Assembly (NCBI GenBank): GCA_033763315.1
Contig: JANRKS010000002.1
Location: 416,001 to 480,000, forward strand
Length of the DNA stretch: 64,000 nucleotides
Direction: 5' to 3'
Source of the DNA: Deltaproteobacteria bacterium
Lineage (GTDB): Bacteria; Myxococcota_A; Polyangia; Fen-1088
The translations under genes and the position numbers were made by a program. Position 1 is the first letter of the stretch. Every line of letters begins with the position of its first letter. The notes beneath the pieces were generated by a model. It did no database searches, was not told where the DNA came from, and was given only the letters and a program-made list of their open reading frames with translations. Shown here piece after piece: positions 8,729 to 17,593 of this stretch.

Positions 8729-10912
8729 CTAGTAATCTCCCCTCTTGTTCTCACGGAAGAAGAACTGCCCGCCCATGTCGATGTTGAGGATCAGGCGGTA
8801 GTATTCGTCGGGCGTTAGCTCTTTGCCCCCGACGTCGGCAGGGTGAGACGCGCCTGGGAATGCGCGCACGGCCGCGTTCACGTCAGGAAAACGCTGCGGT
8901 GGGTTCAACTTCTTAATGATGTTGGAGCTGCGAGCTTCACCCGGTTTCATGTGTTCTTTGTAGTCGCCCACAATCTGAACAACGTTTTCACCGAGCTCCA
9001 TGCCGAGACCTACGACTGAAATGTAGGAGGCCGGGAAGCCTGTGCCAGCCGAGCGCTCGCCCACCACGATGGCCACCTTTTGCCCACGCAGATCAAAGGT
9101 AACCGTTTGTTGGGTGCCCAAGGTTTTGTCGATGATGGTGTATGTGCTGTTGCCTGGCTTGCTGGCGTCGCCGTCGTGGCACGAAACGCACTTGGCGTCG
9201 AAGATGGGTTGTATGGCCAGATCCCAAGGCACGCCGCGAATCTTGTCGTAGCTGAAGTCCATCGATTCGCGTTGTGGCCGTGGCACATCCAAATCCACGG
9301 GGCCGCGTTGCACAGCTTCGATAGTGCCGGGCTTGATCTCGGTGGTCTTCGAGCGGCTCTCGTGGCAACCACCGCAGAAGCGCTGCTCGCCGGGGCGGCC
9401 GCTGATCCACACGTCTTCGCCAGCCACCGCCAAGCCAAACTTATCAACCAACTGTTGATGCAACGGCACGTTGGCAGGAACTTTGGCGGCGAACGAACCA
9501 TCGGCCAAGACGGGAACCTCGCCGTAACGAGATTGACCATCGAACTCGGTCAGGCCGAACATGTTCGGGAAACCTTCTTCGGACGAGAAGCCTTCCATCA
9601 GGCGCACCTTCACCACGCTGCCGGGCTCAATTTTCGTCACTGAGGATTCGTATACGTTCAAAGCGCCCAGGATGAAGCTCTTCTCGTTCTGCGCCACCGG
9701 GCTTTGTGCGGGTGGTGGCTCAACGCGAGGCTTGATGGGGCGCGCGGCCACGTCCCAATAGGCAGGGTCATCCCACACAGGGAAACGTTTTCCGGTTTTG
9801 CCGTCCAATACGTAGATGCCGAAATCGGCCTTGGTTTTGGCTTCCTCCAAGATCTCTGATTGCACGGGGCCATCTGCCCACGACACAAGAAATTTCAGGT
9901 CCGCCGCGGGGCCAATGGGCTCGGCGTCGTAAAAGCGACCGATGCCTTTTTCAGAGCGCTCTTTGTCACCAGGCACAAGCGGCGTGAGATCGGTAACCTT
10001 GGATGAAGCCTCGTCGTCATTCAGATCGACCAGCAAAACCTTGCCGGCTTGCAACGTTCGGTCGCGCGAGGTGCCGATGGCCACGAGCCGCGACGCCTTC
10101 TTTCCGGCCGCCGTCATGTAGCTGGTCACGAAGCGCGCTTTGAGGTAGCTGTTGGTGACGCCCTTGCCTTCACCACCGAATGCCTCGCGCATGCCCGTCA
10201 TATCGGTGTTCATCACGCGCAAGTGACCGTCGTTGATGCCACCCAGATGTCGCCATTCGGTGAACACGACGTTGCCATCTTCAAGCAAGGCGGGCGCCAC
10301 GCGGTGAGACACGTTACGCGGCCCAAGCACTTCGTTCGTGCCGTCCATGTTGATGACGCCCACCTGTGATGTGGTGGCGCGTTCATATTCGTCGCGGAAC
10401 TGCTGGGAGCCCTCTTCAACCACCTTGCTGGTGGTAAAAAGGATCTTTTGTCCCGGCACAAAGATCGGATACACGTAGTGGTCGGGGCCATCTGTGATCT
10501 GCCGTGGGTTGCTGCCATCCACGTTGATTAAAAACAACTGATAGTTGCCTTCGTTCGCGAGGCGAGCCGAGAACACGATCGTTTTGGCATCGAACGAAAG
10601 GTCCCAAGCCATCACATCTGCGTCCTTGAACATAGGGGCGGCGGTTAGGTTCACCAGCTTGCCGTCAGCCGAAGGCGGCGAGAGCTTGACGAGGCGGCCG
10701 CCGGGTTTGTAGTCGGTGTAGTCGAAGACGTTGCCCGTCCCGCTGCGCGCTGTTCGCTGCAGGAAAACGATTGAATCAACGTCCGTCGGCAGGCCTACCG
10801 CTCCCCCTGTGGCGCCGTCGCTGCTCGATGAGCGGCAGCCGCTCAGGCTTGCCAAGCCACCACCAAGCGCCCAGAGGCTGCCAATCACCCATGCTGCTTT
10901 GCGCATCATCAT
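8729..10912 (-). CDS. Hydrazine synthase alpha (HzsA)-related di-heme lipoprotein with TolB-like propeller
   Basis: Lipobox LSGC; propeller repeats (LSFDAKTIVFS, NVDGSNPRQIT); YGEVPVLADGSFAAKVPANVP..QLVD..GEQRFCGGCHE (HZS-alpha middle domain); second heme motif CVSCH. Confidence 0.78.
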   Translation of the reverse strand: MMMRKAAWVIGSLWALGGGLASLSGCRSSSSDGATGGAVGLPTDVDSIVFLQRTARSGTGNVFDYTDYKPGGRLVKLSPPSADGKLVNLTAAPMFKDADVMAWDLSFDAKTIVFSARLANEGNYQLFLINVDGSNPRQITDGPDHYVYPIFVPGQKILFTTSKVVEEGSQQFRDEYERATTSQVGVINMDGTNEVLGPRNVSHRVAPALLEDGNVVFTEWRHLGGINDGHLRVMNTDMTGMREAFGGEGKGVTNSYLKARFVTSYMTAAGKKASRLVAIGTSRDRTLQAGKVLLVDLNDDEASSKVTDLTPLVPGDKERSEKGIGRFYDAEPIGPAADLKFLVSWADGPVQSEILEEAKTKADFGIYVLDGKTGKRFPVWDDPAYWDVAARPIKPRVEPPPAQSPVAQNEKSFILGALNVYESSVTKIEPGSVVKVRLMEGFSSEEGFPNMFGLTEFDGQSRYGEVPVLADGSFAAKVPANVPLHQQLVDKFGLAVAGEDVWISGRPGEQRFCGGCHESRSKTTEIKPGTIEAVQRGPVDLDVPRPQRESMDFSYDKIRGVPWDLAIQPIFDAKCVSCHDGDASKPGNSTYTIIDKTLGTQQTVTFDLRGQKVAIVVGERSAGTGFPASYISVVGLGMELGENVVQIVGDYKEHMKPGEARSSNIIKKLNPPQRFPDVNAAVRAFPGASHPADVGGKELTPDEYYRLILNIDMGGQFFFRENKRGDY

Positions 10913-11183
10913 GCCAGGGGCTTCTGCAAGAAGGCGACCAACTCCAACAGCCAGAGACAACGAGGCCTGATTCGCCGCGAATGTGCGAAAACCCCGGAAA
11001 ATAGACGGGGTCCTTTGCGGGAGCCGGCGGCGCGTATCCTACCTTCCTTACCCTTCCCGACGGCCGGAGTTGCGTCACTTGCCGCCAGTGACGCTGCGGC
11101 TGGTGAATCATGAGCGCGGCGTTGACCAGTGCACGAAGCCTGGCGCGGTTGGGGTGAACCCGTGGCAAACTAGGCTCTCGACG

Positions 11184-12629
11184 TTGTCTACACCGCCAGA
11201 TCCCCACACCCCGCAGAAGTTAGGTCGTTACCAGCTGCTTGAACGCATCGCTGTGGGCGGCATGGCGGAAGTGTACAAGGCGGTGGCGCTGGGGCTGTCG
11301 GGCTTCGAAAAAACCGTGGTCGTCAAACGCCTGTTGCCCCAGCACCAGCGCGATCAAGAGCTGCTCACCATGTTTGTGGATGAAGCTCGTTTGCTCGGGC
11401 GTTTGCGACATCCCAACATCGCTGAGGTCTATGATATCGACCACGAAGGCAACGAGTACTTCTTTGCCCTCGAATACGTGGATGGCGTTGAGCTGCGCGA
11501 TCTTCTCAACGACACGCCGGGCATCCCGCTTTCAGATGAAGAAGCCGTGTGGATCACCTGCGAACTTGCAAAGGCGCTCGCCTACGCACACGGCTTGCTT
11601 GATGACGAGGGCCAACCGCTTGGCATTGTCCATCGCGACATCTCCCCCTCCAACGTGCTTATCGGCCAAACGGGTGCGGTCAAGTTGGTGGATTTCGGCG
11701 TGGCCAAATGGCGATCGCAGCGAAGCGAAACGCGACACGGCGTGCTCAAGGGCAAAGTCAGCTACATGTCGCCGGAGCAGTGTCGGGGCGAGCCGCTTGA
11801 TTCGCGCAGTGACGTGTTTGCTTTGGGCGTGTTGCTATACGAGATGACGGTGGGCAGCCGGCCGTTCGCGCGCACTTCAGATTTCGAAACGCTCAAGGCC
11901 ATCGCCGAGGGCCATTTCATCAAGCCTTCGGTCAAACGTCCCGGCTATCCAGCGCCCCTTGAGCGGTTGTGCGTGGCGATGATGGAGCTTGATCGCTCGC
12001 AGCGGCCCACTGACATGCGGGAAGTCGTTGCTGCTCTGCAGGACTACGCGGCCAGCGCGGGCATCGCGTTGGGGCCGCAAACACTCGCCGCACGTGCCGC
12101 CAAAGCGGTGACTCTTAGAGAGCCTCGAACACCAACGGGAGAAAGCCACGAAGAGCCGCATTTCGCTCAGGCCATTCGATTCCCCGTTGACCGCACGGCC
12201 ACCGCGGTGGCCACGGTTGAATCGTTGGTGACCGCCGTGACGCCGATGCCCGAATCTACGTCAGCGGTTGCCCCCCATAGCCGCCGTAGGCTCAAGCTTT
12301 CCGTCGGTGTGGGCGCCGTGGCAGCGGGCGCGGCGCTCATCTTGTTTTGGCTGCGGCCCGTGACCCCTATGCAGACCGAAACCGCGACCGCGACCCGGAG
12401 CGCACCGGTGGAGGTGCCTCAACCCGCCCCCGTGGTGAAAGCCGCAGAGCCCGTGGCCATGGATCCACCGGCGGCCGTGATTCAGCGCAAACGCTCCACT
12501 GTGATCAAGGATGTGAACACGCGCCCCCGACAGAATCAACCTTCGCAAGAGTCGTCGCCCCGAGCGGCTTCTTCAGGCCTGACAGGATCGGCGGCTGTGT
12601 GGGATCCAGATTCGCCTGTCCCGCCTTAG
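11184..12629 (+). CDS. Membrane-anchored Hanks-type Ser/Thr protein kinase
   Basis: GGMAEVY, VVKR, HPNI, HRDISPSN, DFG, YMSPEQ, SDVFALG; TM segment, Pro-rich extracytoplasmic tail ending WDPDSPVPP; start uncertain (TTG 11184 chosen). Confidence 0.95.
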   Translation: MSTPPDPHTPQKLGRYQLLERIAVGGMAEVYKAVALGLSGFEKTVVVKRLLPQHQRDQELLTMFVDEARLLGRLRHPNIAEVYDIDHEGNEYFFALEYVDGVELRDLLNDTPGIPLSDEEAVWITCELAKALAYAHGLLDDEGQPLGIVHRDISPSNVLIGQTGAVKLVDFGVAKWRSQRSETRHGVLKGKVSYMSPEQCRGEPLDSRSDVFALGVLLYEMTVGSRPFARTSDFETLKAIAEGHFIKPSVKRPGYPAPLERLCVAMMELDRSQRPTDMREVVAALQDYAASAGIALGPQTLAARAAKAVTLREPRTPTGESHEEPHFAQAIRFPVDRTATAVATVESLVTAVTPMPESTSAVAPHSRRRLKLSVGVGAVAAGAALILFWLRPVTPMQTETATATRSAPVEVPQPAPVVKAAEPVAMDPPAAVIQRKRSTVIKDVNTRPRQNQPSQESSPRAASSGLTGSAAVWDPDSPVPP

Positions 12630-12676
12630 GCATTCATGGTGGCGCTGGCTGATGCGTGCGTGCGCACGGTTCTGTT

Positions 12677-13414
12677 ATGATGCGGGTCTTGTTTTTGATT
12701 CAGGTCCACAATCGGCTCTTTTGGTGTGCGAGTCTGTGTTGTGTGGCGCTGCTGGTCGCGCAGCCGCGCGCTGACGCGCAAGCTGCCGAGCCTGCCATCC
12801 CCCTGAACAAAGCGAAGGAGCTTTACGACGCCGGCCTGGCCGACTTCAAAGCGCAAAAGTACGACACGGCGGTGTCGCTGCTGTCGCAAAGTTTTGCTTT
12901 GGATCCACAAGCGCAGACGCTGTTTGCGTGGGCGCAGTCTGAGCGTTTGCGTTTTCATTGCGACGAAGCGGCGCGGTTGTTCGATCAGTTCATCGCAATG
13001 AACCCACCTGCTCGTCAAGTGGCCGCTGCAGAGCTTGCGAAGCGAAGGTGCACGCCTGCGCCTGCTGTGGTGTCGACGCCGACGGTAGCCGTTCCCCCTC
13101 CACCCGCTGTCATTGTGCGCGCGCCATTGTGGTATCGAGACGCGTGGGGTGGGGCGTTGTGCGGTTTGGGTGCGGCCACCACCGCGGCTGGGCTTGCATT
13201 GGTGGTCAACGCGCATGCCCTGGCGGGGCAAGCCGAAGGCGCCGAAACGTTGGGCCAATCACAATCCGATCGACGGGTCGCCGAGCAACGATGGGCGTGG
13301 GGCATTGGCATGACGCTCGTGGGTGCAGCGCTGTTCGCGGGCGGTGTCGCTCGCTATGTGTGGGTGTCTAAAGCAGACGATCGCATGACCGTGTCCACAG
13401 GGGGAAACTTCTAG
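12677..13414 (+). CDS. Exported TPR-containing protein (myxobacterial kinase-associated type)
   Basis: Signal peptide, TPR-like AKELYDAG..FKAQKYDTAV..LFAWAQSER, Pro linker, two hydrophobic segments, C-terminal ..VSTGGNF. Confidence 0.75.
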   Translation: MMRVLFLIQVHNRLFWCASLCCVALLVAQPRADAQAAEPAIPLNKAKELYDAGLADFKAQKYDTAVSLLSQSFALDPQAQTLFAWAQSERLRFHCDEAARLFDQFIAMNPPARQVAAAELAKRRCTPAPAVVSTPTVAVPPPPAVIVRAPLWYRDAWGGALCGLGAATTAAGLALVVNAHALAGQAEGAETLGQSQSDRRVAEQRWAWGIGMTLVGAALFAGGVARYVWVSKADDRMTVSTGGNF

Positions 13415-15729
13415 TGCCCACGCGCGCTCTGCTTGCGTTGGCGATAATGATCGTGTGCTCGAGCTGCTTGGCCAAGGCACGTTACCGTTGCCAGGCGTCG
13501 GCGGATTGTCAGGTCGCTGAACGTGCTGGCTTTTGCGAACCCAACGGTGTGTGCAGCTTTGAGGACGCCACCTGCAACGTCACCACGGGACGTCGCTACG
13601 CTGCCACAGACGAAGGCTCGGGCGTGGCTGGTTCATGTGTACCTGTGTTCTGCGAGGCCGATCGCGTGGTTCAAATCGCCACGGGCCGCGAACACAACTG
13701 TGTGCTTCGCCAAAGCGGTCAACTTGAATGCTGGGGTCAAAACGCGCGCGGCGCCTTAGGCGATGGCACCACCACACGGCGCTCGTCGCCTGTGTCGGTG
13801 GTGGGGTTGCAATCGATCGTGGCCGTGGGCGCGGGCGAGCACCACACTTGTGCCGTACGCGCGGCGGGTGACGTGGTCTGCTGGGGCGCAAACGATCACG
13901 GCCAGCTTGGCGACACCACACTCACCGATAGAACCACGCCGGCGCCCGTCGTTGGCTTGCCGGCCGCGCGCTTCGTTGTGGCCGGTGCAGCCTCGACGTG
14001 CGCCCTCGCTGAAGATCGCACGGTCTATTGTTGGGGCGACAACAGCGAAGGCCAGGTGGGCGTCGCCGCCGATCAACAGACCGTGCGCGGGCCACGACAG
14101 GTTCTTGGCCTAACGAACGTGTCACAGCTGGCGTTGCATGCCACGCATGCCTGTGCGCTCACCTTGGAGGGAACCGTGTTTTGCTGGGGCGCCAACCCGT
14201 TTGGGCAATTGGGTGATGGATCGTCGGGGCGCCGATCAGGTGTTGTGCAAGTGCGCGGGTTGGCCAACGCCAAAGCCGTTGTGGTGGCCAACCTGCATTC
14301 ATGCGCGTTAACCACCGATGCGGATGAAAGCGTTGTGTGTTGGGGTGCCAATGGCGCGGGTCAACTGGGCGATGGCACCACGACGTCGCGCGCGGTGCCG
14401 GGGCGCGTGCAACGTTTATCCGGCGTGACGGCCTTTGCTGCTGGTGGCGCGCACACGTGTGCACGCACCCGGGAAGGTGCAGTGTTCTGTTGGGGCTCGA
14501 ACTCAACGGGTCAACTGGGCGATGGCACGCTGGGCCCCTCAAGCTCTCCGATCCGGGCGCAAGCGCTGTTCAATGCGGTAACGGTGTCCGCGGGTGATGG
14601 TCATTCGTGTGCGGTTCGCGACGACGGCACCGTGTGGTGTTGGGGGGATGACCGGCAAGGGCAGTTGGGATTTGGTCGACCGATTTTCAAAGTCACGCCG
14701 GTTGCATTGCCTGCCTTGTCCAAGGTCGTGAAGATGGCGGCGGGCGCGGTTCACACTTGCGCGTTGGATGGAGAAGGCAAAGTGTTTTGTTGGGGCGCAG
14801 GCGCCCTCGGGCGCTTGGGCGATGGTCAAGCCGCCGATTCGTCTTCACCCGTGAATGTGGCGCTCCCCGCCGCCGCCATCGATCTGCAAGTGGGCAGCGA
14901 CACCGCGTGCGCGCGGCTGCGTGGCGGTGGTTGGTGGTGTTGGGGGCGCGGCACAGAAGGGCAATTCGCTGAGCCGCAGCGTTTGGATCGATGGAAACCA
15001 GTGCAAACCTTGTTTGCCGATCCGCCCGTGCTGGCCTTGGGTCGAGCGCACGTTTGCTCTGCGTTGCTCAGCGGCCAAACCTGGTGCTGGGGAGCCAACG
15101 CAGCCATGCAAGCGGGCGCGCCGTCGGGTGCCGTGGTACTGCCCACTTCGCTCGACATGAGCGTCCGCTTGCGGGCAATCGCAGCGGGTGATGCCCACAC
15201 GTGTGGCCTCGATGACGGCGGCGCGGTGTGGTGTTGGGGGCAGGCTGTGGCCGTGCCCGCGTTGGTGCCACTGCCGATGGTAGCGTTGCAACTTGTGGCC
15301 GGTGCCGAACACACATGCGCCCGTTTGATGGATGAAACGGTGTGGTGTTGGGGGCGTGGCCAAGAGGGCCAATTGGGCACGGGTGTGCCTGAGTCTAGGG
15401 CGATTCCGGCGCAGGTATCCAACGTGAAGGCGGCTTTGCTTGCCGCGGGTCGCTACCACACATGCGCGTCGGCACGCGACGGAACCTTGCAATGTTGGGG
15501 GCTCAACAGCAGTGGTCAACTGGGCGACGGCAGCACGCGGACGGCGTTCGTCCCCACCAGCAAGCTCGACCTGCAAGTGGTGCAGCTGACGGCCGGCGGC
15601 GCTCACACGTGCGCGCAAAGCCGCGATGGCGTGGTTCGCTGTTGGGGCGATGATTCTCAGGGTCAGTTGGGCGCGGGAACGGAACTGAACCGTGCGCTGC
15701 CGGTGCCTGTCAGCTTGCTGTGCCGCTGA
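13414..15729 (+). CDS. RCC1/BLIP-II repeat lipoprotein with Cys-rich N-terminus
   Basis: About 13-14 repeats of G..HTCA....G.V.CWG.N..GQLG.G; lipobox-like CSSC; start overlaps the upstream stop. Confidence 0.92.
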   Translation: MPTRALLALAIMIVCSSCLAKARYRCQASADCQVAERAGFCEPNGVCSFEDATCNVTTGRRYAATDEGSGVAGSCVPVFCEADRVVQIATGREHNCVLRQSGQLECWGQNARGALGDGTTTRRSSPVSVVGLQSIVAVGAGEHHTCAVRAAGDVVCWGANDHGQLGDTTLTDRTTPAPVVGLPAARFVVAGAASTCALAEDRTVYCWGDNSEGQVGVAADQQTVRGPRQVLGLTNVSQLALHATHACALTLEGTVFCWGANPFGQLGDGSSGRRSGVVQVRGLANAKAVVVANLHSCALTTDADESVVCWGANGAGQLGDGTTTSRAVPGRVQRLSGVTAFAAGGAHTCARTREGAVFCWGSNSTGQLGDGTLGPSSSPIRAQALFNAVTVSAGDGHSCAVRDDGTVWCWGDDRQGQLGFGRPIFKVTPVALPALSKVVKMAAGAVHTCALDGEGKVFCWGAGALGRLGDGQAADSSSPVNVALPAAAIDLQVGSDTACARLRGGGWWCWGRGTEGQFAEPQRLDRWKPVQTLFADPPVLALGRAHVCSALLSGQTWCWGANAAMQAGAPSGAVVLPTSLDMSVRLRAIAAGDAHTCGLDDGGAVWCWGQAVAVPALVPLPMVALQLVAGAEHTCARLMDETVWCWGRGQEGQLGTGVPESRAIPAQVSNVKAALLAAGRYHTCASARDGTLQCWGLNSSGQLGDGSTRTAFVPTSKLDLQVVQLTAGGAHTCAQSRDGVVRCWGDDSQGQLGAGTELNRALPVPVSLLCR

Positions 15730-15749
15730 CGTGGTTTGTGGTCGCTGCC

Positions 15750-16010
15750 CTATTTGCACACAACGGAATCAGGCTCAACACGCGGGCACTTCACCGCTTG
15801 GCTTACGCCCGACGTTAACAAAGAGCAGGCGCTGCTTTGGGCCTCCGTGGCGGCCTCCCGTTTTTCTTCAGCACGGGCGCTGGCACACTTTTGTCGCCCT
15901 TCGAAGGTCACGCACACACGACACTCGATCCCCGTTTTCGTCGTGAGGTCGACGATCAGCAAAGTGGCCAAGACCAAGAAAATGATGACCGGTATCCACG
16001 CGCGCTTCAT
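15750..16010 (-). CDS. Small membrane-anchored Cys-containing hypothetical protein
   Basis: 86 aa, N-terminal hydrophobic helix, ECRVCVTFEGRQKC...AC...C...C pattern. Confidence 0.7.
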   Translation of the reverse strand: MKRAWIPVIIFLVLATLLIVDLTTKTGIECRVCVTFEGRQKCASARAEEKREAATEAQSSACSLLTSGVSQAVKCPRVEPDSVVCK

Positions 16011-16078
16011 GTTAGATGGTCAACATACCATCATCCTTGCGGCTGTTGTGTTGGGGCTCAACTGGGTATGATGGCGCG

Positions 16079-17488
16079 ATGGCCCCCTCCGAACGCACGC
16101 TGACCGCCCAGCTGGACTCCGCCGCTGCCGCCAATTTGGCCGACATTCCGTTGTTGCTGTTGGCAGGGCGTGCCGGGGCCGGCCGGATCGAAGCGAACGA
16201 GCGTTTGTTGGTGCTGGGCAAGGTGTTGGACGTTGGCCGTCGTCCTTCAGGTGCGGCCCAGGTGATGCCGGGCGCGCTGCTGTTGGATGATCCTCTCGCG
16301 TCGTCTCGCCATGCCCGGTTTGAACGGCGCGATGACGGCTGGGTCCTGTTCGATCAAGGCAGCAAGAACGGTTTGTTCGTGGGCGGTGAACGCTTGTTGA
16401 GCGCTCGTCAATTGCAAGACGGCGATGTGATCACGGTGGGCTCGCATCTGTTCGTGTTTCGCCTCGCCACGCAAGAGCAGCTCGTGGCCATTCGCAAGGA
16501 TCTCTCATCACCGCTTGCGCCCGTGCCCACAACGTCGCCGCGTTTGGCGCTGCAGAACGACAAGCTTCGCCGGCTGGCCAACTCGGACGCGGAAGTCCTC
16601 CTGGTTGGTGAAACAGGCGTCGGCAAAGAGATCTACGCACGCGCCTTGCACGATGCCTCTGGCCGCAAGGGCCGGTTCGTGGCGCTCAACTGCGCAGCCA
16701 TCCCTCGCGAGCTCGTGGAGAGCGAACTGTTCGGCTACCGCGCCGGTGCGCATTCCACCGCCTCAGCCGGCAAACCGGGCTTGGTGGAAGAAGCGGACGG
16801 CGGCACGTTATTTCTCGATGAAATCGGCGAGATGACCCGAGATGCGCAGACCAAAGTGCTGCGCTTCTTGCAGGATCGTGAGTTAACGCCGCTTGGCTCG
16901 ACGCGGCCTCGTCGCATCGATGTGCGCGTGGTCGCGGCCACCAACCGCAATGTCATGCCGGGGTCAAGCGACGGTTTGCGTGACGATTTGCTGGGACGCT
17001 TGGGCGCAGCCCCGTTGTGGTTGCCGCCGCTACGCGATCGACGCGAAGACATTGGCCCCTTGGCCGCGTTCTTCTTGGCCCGCGAAACTGCCAAGCGTGG
17101 CAGTGGCCCTGCGGGTTTCGATGCAGGGGCGCTCTCATCGCTGGTGATGGCGGCCTTTCCACTCAACGTGAGGCAGCTTGAAAAGACGGTGGGCGCCGCC
17201 GTCGCGTTGGCTGATCCCCGCGATCTCATCGGTGTGCGACATCTGCCCGAGACGTTAAACGCGCACCTTCCCGTGGCGGCGCCCATCACGCCCTTGGCGC
17301 TGCGTGTGCCTGAGACGCGTTCGGGCCGCAAGGCGCCGGAGCCGGCACCCTTGCGCGAGGACGTGGAGCGGCTGCTAGGGCTGCACAAGGGGAACGTGGC
17401 TGAAGTGGCGCGTGCGCTTGGGCGGCAACGTGCGGCGGTGTGGCGCTGGATCAAACAATTCGGCTTAAATCCCGAAAGCTTTCGCTAG
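16079..17488 (+). CDS. FHA-domain sigma54-type enhancer-binding transcriptional regulator (non-canonical GAFTGA loop)
   Basis: FHA (VGR..SSRHARF..GSKNG), GETGVGKE, ESELFG, LFLDEIGE, C-terminal HTH; loop reads GAHSTA. Confidence 0.92.
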   Translation: MAPSERTLTAQLDSAAAANLADIPLLLLAGRAGAGRIEANERLLVLGKVLDVGRRPSGAAQVMPGALLLDDPLASSRHARFERRDDGWVLFDQGSKNGLFVGGERLLSARQLQDGDVITVGSHLFVFRLATQEQLVAIRKDLSSPLAPVPTTSPRLALQNDKLRRLANSDAEVLLVGETGVGKEIYARALHDASGRKGRFVALNCAAIPRELVESELFGYRAGAHSTASAGKPGLVEEADGGTLFLDEIGEMTRDAQTKVLRFLQDRELTPLGSTRPRRIDVRVVAATNRNVMPGSSDGLRDDLLGRLGAAPLWLPPLRDRREDIGPLAAFFLARETAKRGSGPAGFDAGALSSLVMAAFPLNVRQLEKTVGAAVALADPRDLIGVRHLPETLNAHLPVAAPITPLALRVPETRSGRKAPEPAPLREDVERLLGLHKGNVAEVARALGRQRAAVWRWIKQFGLNPESFR

Positions 17489-17593
17489 GGACTCGGAACA
17501 AGGTCGTTAACTGTGCTCAACCTGGGCCCGCATCCCGCCGATGCCAACCCCAATTCATGAACCGCGCACTTGCACTTGGCGTGTGGCAACACG

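Noticed and set aside
4799-10912. Anammox hydrazine synthase / anammox metabolism
   Set aside because: Only alpha-like domains are present. No hzsB/hzsC, hydrazine dehydrogenase or other anammox genes are in the window, and the gene content is myxobacterial.
13660-15710. Recurrent nucleotide repeats (tgttggggc, ggtcaactgggcgatggc) resembling an array
   Set aside because: They are the codons of RCC1 repeats (CWG, GQLGDG) inside one ORF; degenerate, in-frame and not CRISPR-like.
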